Shown here: positions 16,893-24,151 of the stretch, in pieces
Position numbering within the stretch: the stretch's first letter is position 1
How the letters are laid out: every line of letters starts with the position of its first letter
Virus record (IMG/VR): IMGVR_UViG_3300020042_001636
Location: 1 to 24,151 of that record
Length of the DNA: 24,151 nt
Reading direction: 5' to 3' (one strand)
DNA from: a virus
Taxonomy: Duplodnaviria > Caudoviricetes
Notes under the pieces: generated by a model
Told to the model about the DNA's origin: nothing
The model's database searches: none
What the model saw: only the letters and a program-made list of their open reading frames with translations
Position numbers and translations under genes: made by a program

Positions 16893-17304
16893 GCATTTCA
16901 CCCTAGCAGAACTGACCGTCACCAACCACCGTACTCTGGACAACATCCCAGATGCGGCGGCTTTAGCCAACCTGAACCGGTTGGCGTTGTTTCTGGAACA
17001 GGTCAAAACCGCTCTGGGCGGTAGGGCGGTAATGATTACGTCTGGATATCGGTCAGCCGCAGTCAATGCAGCCTGCGGGAGCCGCGATATTTCCCAGCAC
17101 CGGATTGGTTGTGCGGCTGACTTCAGGGTGCCGGGGATGACCCCAAGGCAGGTTGTTGAGGCGTGTATTGCGGCTAAACTAGCCTACGACCAGATCATTC
17201 TGGAGTTTGATTCGTGGACACATACAAGTATCCCCAACACAGGAGCCAAGCCGAGAGGCTCCAAGCTGATTATTGATAAAACTGGTTTTAGACCTTTTGT
17301 TTAA
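16879..17304 (+). CDS. Endolysin, peptidase M15A family (D-Ala-D-Ala carboxypeptidase-like Zn peptidase)
   Basis: LSEHFTLAEL, ITSGYRS, SQHRIGCAADF (H-x6-D), DQIILE and WTHTS (third Zn ligand). GTG start. Confidence 0.92.
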   Translation: MKLSEHFTLAELTVTNHRTLDNIPDAAALANLNRLALFLEQVKTALGGRAVMITSGYRSAAVNAACGSRDISQHRIGCAADFRVPGMTPRQVVEACIAAKLAYDQIILEFDSWTHTSIPNTGAKPRGSKLIIDKTGFRPFV

Positions 17305-17305
17305 T

Positions 17306-17332
17306 AAAGGGACAATATTGTCCCTTTGTTTT
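17306..17332 (+). terminator. Palindromic terminator after the lysis cassette
   Basis: Perfect 22-bp palindrome AAAGGGACAATATTGTCCCTTT (17306-17327) followed by GTTTT. Confidence 0.65.
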
Positions 17333-17344
17333 CCAATATTGTTA

Positions 17345-17374
17345 TTGACAAAAGAGGCGTAAAATGGCTAAGAG
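17345..17374 (+). promoter_or_regulatory. Possible promoter for the distal tail/ejection genes
   Basis: Perfect TTGACA at 17345-17350 in the longest intergenic gap. The -10 element is poor: TAAGAG at 18-nt spacing, or TAAAAT at only 9 nt. Confidence 0.3.
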
Positions 17375-17413
17375 ATTGTTTTGTGATGGTCTTTTACGAC
17401 AGAGGGGATTGGC

Positions 17414-18049
17414 GTGACCACAGCAGCCGTAATGACCTATGATTCGCTGGTATCTGATATCCAGCAATATCTGGAGCGTGACGATACGCAAACGGTCGCC
17501 CAGATCCCGCGATTCATCATGCTTGCGGAACAGGTCATTGCCTCTCAGATAAAGTTTCTGGGGAATCTGACTGTGAACGAAAGCAACATGGTTGCCAGCC
17601 AAGCCATCATTGATAAGCCTGCGCGGTGGCACAAGACGGTATCGATGAACGTGACTGTTGACGGAAGTAGGTATCCCATACTGCTCAGAAAGTATGAGTA
17701 TCTCAGGGGATATGCGCCAGACCCTGCGGAAACAGGAGTGCCTGCATATTATGCAGACTATGACTACACGCACTGGCTGGTAGCACCAACCCCTGCCGAT
17801 GCATACGATTTTGAGGTGCTGTACTACGAGCGTGTACAGCCTCTGGATTCGTCCAATCAGACCAACTGGTTCACCATTTACGCTCCGCAAGCCTTGCTCT
17901 ATGGCTCTCTTTTGCAGGCCATGCCGTACCTGAAGAACGATGAGCGCATGGGTATGTGGCAGCAACAATATGATCTGATCATCAACACTCTGAAGAACGA
18001 AGACATTATCCGTATTGCTGACAGACAAGCTAACGTACAGGACTCTTGA
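17414..18049 (+). CDS. Putative phage adaptor / tail tubular protein A-like
   Basis: GTG start with GAGGGG SD. TYDSLVSDIQQYLER...IPRFIMLAE...VAPTPADAY...TNW...PQALLYGSL adaptor-like pattern. Confidence 0.68.
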   Translation: MTTAAVMTYDSLVSDIQQYLERDDTQTVAQIPRFIMLAEQVIASQIKFLGNLTVNESNMVASQAIIDKPARWHKTVSMNVTVDGSRYPILLRKYEYLRGYAPDPAETGVPAYYADYDYTHWLVAPTPADAYDFEVLYYERVQPLDSSNQTNWFTIYAPQALLYGSLLQAMPYLKNDERMGMWQQQYDLIINTLKNEDIIRIADRQANVQDS

Positions 18050-18050
18050 T

Positions 18051-19277
18051 ATGAGTTACAACTCGCCATTCACCGGAACCGTCATCCAGCCAACGGACGT
18101 TTCGTATAGGGATATAACGATTACAAATACGACACTCCAGTTGGAGTGGCCTATAAACGGGACAACCACTGGTGACGTTGCAGCCAGAATTATGGAAGTA
18201 GCAACCACTGGTGTTTCTGAACTGTGGATGCCGCCAGCAAACCAAACTTCTGTCGGAAATGATGCGTTGATCCGTAACACTGGCGGCGAGAACTTTACCG
18301 TCAAGGACTTTGCGGGAATTAACACGATTGTGACCGTCCTCCCCGGAGAGGCGCAGTACATCTACCTCACCGACACTTCAACCGAGGAAGGAATTTGGGG
18401 AATCATTGCCTTTGGCACTGGAACATCATCTGCTGACGCAGCAACGTTGGCGGGATATGGTCTTGTGGCTTCAGGGCTAACCTTGAACCAGTCATCTCCA
18501 GTGACAACATTTTCAAGTAGTTATTCTGCAGTCGCGGCAGACCGTGCTGCCTTGTATGCTTGGACTGGTGGTGCCGGAACGCTGACTTTGCCATTGGCTT
18601 CTGTTGTTGGGAATAACTGGTTCATGCAGGTTAGGAATGCTGGGACTGGGTTGTTGACTGTTGCTTGCGCTGGATCTGATGTATTCAACTCGTCGGCTAC
18701 TGTGGGTTTGCAGCCTTCGGATTCTTGTCTGATTGCTTCTTCAGGAGTGGCTTTTTATTCGGTTGGATTGGGGAAGTCTACTCAGTTCAACTTCAGTCAA
18801 TTAGTTAAGACTGTGGCAACCGGAAGCTACACGCTGACTAGTTCAGAGGCTTCCAATGTCATTCAGAAATATGTTTCCTCTGGCGATTTGACGGGTAACG
18901 TAACAATCATTGTCCCGCCGACAATTCAGGTCTACTACATCCAGAACGCTACTACTGGTGGAGCCTCGTCGTTCACGGTAACGATCAGCACTGGCTCAGG
19001 AGCGACTGCAACCATCAGCGCGGGGGCGCAAGCCACGTTAATTTGCGATTCGATCAATTTGGTGAATGCGAATACGGTTTTGGCTGGATCAACGTCAATC
19101 AGCCTTATAAACGGGACTGTAGGTGCGCCCTCGTTGAATTTTTCATCAGAAACCTCTACCGGAATTTACAGGGCTGGATCGGGTGAGTTTGACATTGCCA
19201 TTCTTGGTGTAAAGCAATTTGCCCTACTTGCTACTGGTGCCGTCATTCCTAGCGGGTTGTCGGGCGGGTCGTTCTGA
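18051..19277 (+). CDS. Tail structural / fibre-like protein
   Basis: ATG 18051 (AGGA 8 nt upstream) is preferred over 18015. T/S/G/A-rich beta modules (GTLTLP, YYIQNATTG) and a GTVGAPSLNFSSETSTGIYR fibre motif. Confidence 0.7.
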   Translation: MSYNSPFTGTVIQPTDVSYRDITITNTTLQLEWPINGTTTGDVAARIMEVATTGVSELWMPPANQTSVGNDALIRNTGGENFTVKDFAGINTIVTVLPGEAQYIYLTDTSTEEGIWGIIAFGTGTSSADAATLAGYGLVASGLTLNQSSPVTTFSSSYSAVAADRAALYAWTGGAGTLTLPLASVVGNNWFMQVRNAGTGLLTVACAGSDVFNSSATVGLQPSDSCLIASSGVAFYSVGLGKSTQFNFSQLVKTVATGSYTLTSSEASNVIQKYVSSGDLTGNVTIIVPPTIQVYYIQNATTGGASSFTVTISTGSGATATISAGAQATLICDSINLVNANTVLAGSTSISLINGTVGAPSLNFSSETSTGIYRAGSGEFDIAILGVKQFALLATGAVIPSGLSGGSF

Positions 19278-21337
19278 TGACAAAGAAAGTCTTTGCCCTT
19301 GATACCAAGCCCGGAATCCAACGGGACGGTACGGTCTTTGACCAAAATTTCTACAGGGACGGAGAGTGGGTCAGGTTTCAGCGAGGTCGTCCTAGAAAGA
19401 TTCTCGGTTATCGTGAGATGACCAACTTCCTTGCCGGATATTCAAGAGGAATATTTGTTGAATCTGCAGACGGATATAACAGCGTATACAACGGATACAA
19501 CAATGGCCTGCAGCGTTTTGTATGCGACAACAACGGTGTTGGTGCTGGGATCGTTGACTACACCTATGCTGGCCCAGTATTGACCGTTGGGACGCTTGTA
19601 GGAGGCTCCCTTTACACAAACGGAACCTATACCGCCGTATCTCTAACCGGAGGATCTGGCACGAACGTGAAGGCTACTGTGGTCGTTTCTGGGGCGGCTG
19701 TGACTTCGGTGACGGTTACAACGTCTGGCACTGGCTATGTTGTTGGTGACGTTCTAAGTGCAACGGCGGCAACCATTGGCGGCACTGGGTCTGGTTTCAG
19801 TATTAATGTAGCTACGATAGACACGCTTTTCACTGCATCTGACCAGAACCTGTGGCAGTTTGATGGATTTACTGATGCAACTGGCTCTGGCAACAGTCTG
19901 ATCTTGGCGCATCCGGGGCAGAATTTGTCTGCAATTGACAATACAATTACAACGGCTGTTTTGGCGGCTCAACCAAGCGGATCTACAGCTTACCCTCTGA
20001 AAGATTGTCAGGGAACTTCCCCTACCAATGCCATAGTTGAGGTTTCTGGTGGAGTTGTTGCGTTGCATCCATATGTGTTTGTCTATGGTGACAACGGTCT
20101 TATCAAGAACTGCGTTGCTGGCAATGCGCTTGACTGGAATGGCCCAGATTCAAATGAAGTAAACGTATCCAACCAGAAAATTGTCAAGGGTCTTGCGGTT
20201 CGGGGGGGATCAAACGCTCCATCAGGTTTGTTTTGGGCTTTGGATTCTTTGATAAGGGTTAGTTATAACCCAACAACCATTTTCACTGGTGTTACTTCGC
20301 AACAACTGTACTGGCGGTACGACATTATTGGCAATTCATCAATTCTTTCCAGTCAAAGCGTAATTGAGTATGACGGTATTTATTATTGGATTGGAGTTGA
20401 TCGGTTTCTTGCTTATAACGGCGTGATCATTGAATTACCAAACTCCATGAACCAGAACTATTTCTTTGACAACGTAAACTACGCTCAAAGGCAAAAGGTT
20501 TGGTGTACCAAGGTGAATAGGTTTGGTGAGATCTGGTGGTTTTATCCCAAAGGGGATGCCACTGAATGTACGGATGCGATCATCTATAACGTGCGAGAGA
20601 AGACTTGGTATGACGCTGGTGAGTCTATCGGGGCGCAAAGGACGGCTGGATATTTTTCTCAGGTCTTTCGCTTTCCCATCGCTACAGGATCTGACGTAAG
20701 CACGGCCCAAACCGTTCTCACTCAGAACATTACTACTACCAACGCGAGTGCTGTAATAGTGACAGCAATAAGCAGTCAGATTGCGTTGAATGAGGTGGTT
20801 ACAGCCACTGGTGTTCCTTTAAATGCTTACATCATAGCGATTGCGCCGGGGTCTGCTGGTAACTACAACGTCACCTTGTCTGCGGCTTGTACTGCAACCG
20901 CTACTGTTTCTGCGACATTTGCGACACAGGCGGGTAAGGTTAGCTTGTGGCAGCATGAGATTGGAACTGATCAGGTCAAGGGTCAAAACCTGTCAGCAAT
21001 TTACAGTTCCTTTGAGACTAACGACTTGGGTATTGTTGGTGGTGGGCCTTCTGAGCCAGCGATGGTTGGTGAAAACATTGGTCTGCATCTGGAGAGGGTT
21101 GAGCCTGACTTTGTGCAATCTGAAGAGATGGAGATGTACGTCATTGGCAGGCCATTTGCTCAATCGGCAGACATAACCACTGGGCCTTATTTGTTCAATC
21201 CTGATACTGGGAAGATAGATCTCAGGGAGCAGAGGCGGGAACTCAGGTTGAAGTTTGTCAGCAACGTGCAGGGCGGTAATTATGAGACTGGACGCATATT
21301 GCTTAATGCGAACGTTGGCGATGTGAGGCCGTACTGA
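19277..21337 (+). CDS. Tail nozzle / packaged-DNA stabilisation protein (P22 gp10- or tubular protein B-like)
   Basis: KPGIQRDGT...WVRFQRGRPRKI N-terminus, propeller-like repeats (IYYWIGVDRFLAYNG, FGEIWWFYP, IYNVREKTW) and an RVEPDF...R.LRLKF C-terminal domain. Confidence 0.72.
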   Translation: MTKKVFALDTKPGIQRDGTVFDQNFYRDGEWVRFQRGRPRKILGYREMTNFLAGYSRGIFVESADGYNSVYNGYNNGLQRFVCDNNGVGAGIVDYTYAGPVLTVGTLVGGSLYTNGTYTAVSLTGGSGTNVKATVVVSGAAVTSVTVTTSGTGYVVGDVLSATAATIGGTGSGFSINVATIDTLFTASDQNLWQFDGFTDATGSGNSLILAHPGQNLSAIDNTITTAVLAAQPSGSTAYPLKDCQGTSPTNAIVEVSGGVVALHPYVFVYGDNGLIKNCVAGNALDWNGPDSNEVNVSNQKIVKGLAVRGGSNAPSGLFWALDSLIRVSYNPTTIFTGVTSQQLYWRYDIIGNSSILSSQSVIEYDGIYYWIGVDRFLAYNGVIIELPNSMNQNYFFDNVNYAQRQKVWCTKVNRFGEIWWFYPKGDATECTDAIIYNVREKTWYDAGESIGAQRTAGYFSQVFRFPIATGSDVSTAQTVLTQNITTTNASAVIVTAISSQIALNEVVTATGVPLNAYIIAIAPGSAGNYNVTLSAACTATATVSATFATQAGKVSLWQHEIGTDQVKGQNLSAIYSSFETNDLGIVGGGPSEPAMVGENIGLHLERVEPDFVQSEEMEMYVIGRPFAQSADITTGPYLFNPDTGKIDLREQRRELRLKFVSNVQGGNYETGRILLNANVGDVRPY

Positions 21338-21585
21338 TGGCTGCACCGGCTTTTGTTTATGATCCGAGAATGCACACGTTTGAGTCGTGGGCGGCTCTTA
21401 TGTGTGAGGCTTATGCCCAGCAGCAGTTGCAAATTGGCGTCTCAGAAGATAATTGGAAAGATTTTGCTTCCGGTATGAAAGCAATTGATGTGTTTCAGAA
21501 CGAAGCCATTCCGGGGCCGTATGTGTTTGAAAATTGGTATGACTGGGCAGAAGCTGTTGTTAATGCCGTGAACCCAAGGAACTAA
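21337..21585 (+). CDS. Small Trp-rich acidic hypothetical protein
   Basis: TGATG coupling; 82 aa with a P.PY.F.NW.DWA motif. Confidence 0.75.
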   Translation: MAAPAFVYDPRMHTFESWAALMCEAYAQQQLQIGVSEDNWKDFASGMKAIDVFQNEAIPGPYVFENWYDWAEAVVNAVNPRN

Positions 21586-21590
21586 ATAAG

Positions 21591-23273
21591 ATGGCAATCG
21601 TACAAGTTGAAATTGAAGGCCAACAGGTCTACATAGACACGGAAACGGGTCAACTTGCCCAAGCCCCCGTGAACAGCTATGGCGGTGCCGTCGCGTATTC
21701 ACCGACTTCCTACCAAGGCGTAGAAGGCCAAACCCTTTCTGGGAACGCCGCCAGCACGATCGCCGGATACCCTGTTTCGGCTTACCAGCAACGCCCCTCG
21801 ACTACCGGACAGTACGCCCCCGAAGTCTTCAACCCCGCGACGGGGCAATGGGAAGAGGGTTACCGAGTCCCGTTTGAGATGGGTGGGGCGCTCTCGATGC
21901 TGCCCAAGAGCATCGCTGAAAGTATGGGCGGTCAACCGATCAAAGAACCGCCGCCCGATTCTTGGATGGATACGCTCGGGGCAGCAATGCCGGGGCTGAT
22001 CTTTGGCGGCGCTGGATTGATGGCGGGCGGCGGGCTGGGCTTGAGTGGGTTGCTTGGGAATAGTTCGCCTGCCGGCGTTACCGCTGGTGCGGGAGGGATG
22101 TTTGGCGATGTGGCTGGCGCCGGAACGGCTGGTGTGGATTGGTTGGGTGCTGCCGCACCTTCGGCGGCGTCTTCAGGATTGTTGCCCAATATTCCCGGTG
22201 GATCTCAAATCATTCAATCGTTGCTAGGTGGATCTGGAGAAGCCCCCGCTTCAGGAGCAACAAGACCTCCCGGTGGATTGGCTGGTCAAGCAAACATAAT
22301 TGCTCCGTCCAATGCGATGTTAAATTTTGCCCAAGCCCCTAAATCCGGGTCTTTTGTTAACCAACAAAGTGATAATACTAGCACTTTGTTTTCTGGCTTG
22401 ACTCCAGAGCAATCAAGGATTCCAGTACCTAACGCCCCTATAAATAATGCTGCTCCGTTGAAAATGGCTGAATTTGAAGATTATGCCCCCATCTATTCTG
22501 CTCATGGCGGCTTGATGCATTTTGATAATGGTGGTGCCGTCCCTGATGAAGCGGCAAAAAATCCCGCCACGGATTATGTAGGTAGCTTAAAACAAGTTGC
22601 AGACACGAATAAAAGAATCGCGGAAATACTTGCCAAAAAGGGATCCAAAGCAACCAGTTCTGACGATCAGATCCGAGATTACTTGCTTAAATCACAAAAC
22701 TCTACCGCTCGTCTGGATTTTTTATCTCCTCTTTCCTCAAGGATGATGAGGGGTCGTCCGTCCCGCCCAGAGGCCATGTATTCGGGCCTGCAGCGGTCTT
22801 CCGTCACTGGGGCGGCACCTGCTATGGGATATTCCGCTAGGCCAGTACAGCCCCTGCAGCAGTCTCCCAGCATAGTGAATATGGCAAGGATCCCTTTCGC
22901 TGCTCATGGAGGGGCGATCCACCCGCATCTGGCTAGTGTTCTGGCTGATCGTAACTTTGAGATCAATAAGGAGATGATACCGGGGCCGGAGGGGCGTTAT
23001 TATGCTAGGCATGAGCAAAGAGGCTTTGCTGTGGGTGGGCCGGGAACGGGTCAGTCAGATGATATCCCGACAATGCTTTCTGACGGTGAGTATGTAATTG
23101 ATGCGGATACGGTAGCGGCTTTGGGGGATGGATCCTCCAAGGCTGGGGCTTCTGTTCTGGACAAGTTCCGTCAGCAGATTCGTCAGCACAAGAGATCGGC
23201 TCCGACTAACGATATACCTCCCAAGGCAAAAAGCCCGATGGAGTACATGAAGATGGCTAGAAAGGGAAAATGA
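21591..23273 (+). CDS. Putative internal virion/ejection protein with C-terminal GPGTGQSDDIP..LSDGEYV domain
   Basis: AAGGA SD. Gly-rich hydrophobic stretch, low-complexity middle, AHGG/DNGG/AVGG motifs and a compact C-terminal domain resembling that of many tape-measure C-termini. Confidence 0.68.
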   Translation: MAIVQVEIEGQQVYIDTETGQLAQAPVNSYGGAVAYSPTSYQGVEGQTLSGNAASTIAGYPVSAYQQRPSTTGQYAPEVFNPATGQWEEGYRVPFEMGGALSMLPKSIAESMGGQPIKEPPPDSWMDTLGAAMPGLIFGGAGLMAGGGLGLSGLLGNSSPAGVTAGAGGMFGDVAGAGTAGVDWLGAAAPSAASSGLLPNIPGGSQIIQSLLGGSGEAPASGATRPPGGLAGQANIIAPSNAMLNFAQAPKSGSFVNQQSDNTSTLFSGLTPEQSRIPVPNAPINNAAPLKMAEFEDYAPIYSAHGGLMHFDNGGAVPDEAAKNPATDYVGSLKQVADTNKRIAEILAKKGSKATSSDDQIRDYLLKSQNSTARLDFLSPLSSRMMRGRPSRPEAMYSGLQRSSVTGAAPAMGYSARPVQPLQQSPSIVNMARIPFAAHGGAIHPHLASVLADRNFEINKEMIPGPEGRYYARHEQRGFAVGGPGTGQSDDIPTMLSDGEYVIDADTVAALGDGSSKAGASVLDKFRQQIRQHKRSAPTNDIPPKAKSPMEYMKMARKGK

Positions 23274-23274
23274 T

Positions 23275-24151
23275 ATGTCTATTCTGGATCCGACACTAAA
23301 CCCCAACGCAACGCAGACGCAGACCTCACAGACGACTGCGCCGGATTGGTACAGCAACTTCCTGAGCGGTCTGGCTACCTCTGGTCAGCAGGCTATTAAT
23401 CAGGGAGGGATTGCTCCTGCATCCACTCTGCAGAACATGGCATTCCAGAACGCCCCTACGGCTATCAATGCTGGTCAGCCTGCCTTGCAACAAGCTACCC
23501 AGACGGCTACGAACGTGGCGAACACGCCTACGTCTAGCATGATCGATCAGTACATGAATCCGTATACCAATTCAGTCGTTAAATCGATTGGAGACTTGGG
23601 GGCGCAGCAGTTCCGCGAGTTCACTCAGCCTGCCATGACTTCGGCTGGAGTGGCTACGGGTCAGTTTGGTGGATCCAGAGCGCAGGACATCCAAGCCAAG
23701 GCGGCGCGTGATGCAGCTATGAATATAACTGCCCAGCAGGCTCAGGCAATGAATACGGGCTATCAGAACGCAGTGACTGCAGCCCAGAACCAGCAGAACC
23801 TTGGGCTGAACTCAGCCACTGCGCTGGGTAACTTGAGCAGTCAGGCTCAGGCGCAAGGAATTGGTGGGCTGAATGCTTTGTCTGGCCTTGGAGCGCAGCA
23901 GCAGACTCTTGAGCAGCAGCAGATGAATTACCCGATGACTTCCCTGCAGAACTATGCAAACCTGATGAGTGGCCTGAACATCCCAACTGGATCAACGCAG
24001 AGCGTTACTGGCCCTGCGGGTGGCGGTCAGTTGCAGACCTCCGCTCTGAATCAGATTCTTGGACTGGGAACAAGCGGGATGGCTTTGCTTAACCAGCCTT
24101 ACATAAATGCAGGCGGTACATCAGGTACTTTGGGACAATGTATTTTGAAAT
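23275..24151 (+). CDS. Putative DNA ejection/pilot protein, 3'-truncated (MSILDPTLNPNATQ...)
   Basis: Absent from the track because it has no stop in the window. ATG 1 nt after the previous stop; Q/A/G/N-rich with PDWY, QYMNPY and GQFGGSR motifs; frame open to the end. Confidence 0.78.
   Translation, partial: MSILDPTLNPNATQTQTSQTTAPDWYSNFLSGLATSGQQAINQGGIAPASTLQNMAFQNAPTAINAGQPALQQATQTATNVANTPTSSMIDQYMNPYTNSVVKSIGDLGAQQFREFTQPAMTSAGVATGQFGGSRAQDIQAKAARDAAMNITAQQAQAMNTGYQNAVTAAQNQQNLGLNSATALGNLSSQAQAQGIGGLNALSGLGAQQQTLEQQQMNYPMTSLQNYANLMSGLNIPTGSTQSVTGPAGGGQLQTSALNQILGLGTSGMALLNQPYINAGGTSGTLGQCILK

Noticed and set aside
17342-18028. 228-aa minus-strand ORF opposite the adaptor gene
   Set aside because: Shadow ORF with no protein-like motifs; the + strand gene has an SD and fits the gene order.

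Overview
The window is the virion-morphogenesis and lysis region of a tailed dsDNA phage with podovirus-like organisation (no sheath, tail tube or tape-measure gene). All credible genes are on the + strand and many are translationally coupled. Gene order: portal (5'-truncated), two small ORFs, a GroES-like co-chaperonin, scaffold, capsid-associated protein, major capsid protein, a cluster of basic K/G/M-rich proteins, a head-tail adaptor, a modular tail-fibre cassette, a lysis cassette (holin-like genes, an exported Cys-rich protein, an M15 peptidase endolysin), a second adaptor, a P22 gp10-like nozzle and ejection-type proteins (3'-truncated). Two signals stand out. First, a candidate programmed -1 frameshift at 8005-8056 whose short product ends in the same 'xxGG..C-stop' signature as the full-length protein. 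Second, a short motif [MLFY]-[KA]-x-G-G repeated 10 times in that protein and placed at apparent module junctions in several other head and ejection proteins, suggesting a di-glycine processing or targeting system. No rRNA, tRNA, CRISPR array, integrase or transposase was seen. Family assignments come from motif recognition and gene context, not from database searches.
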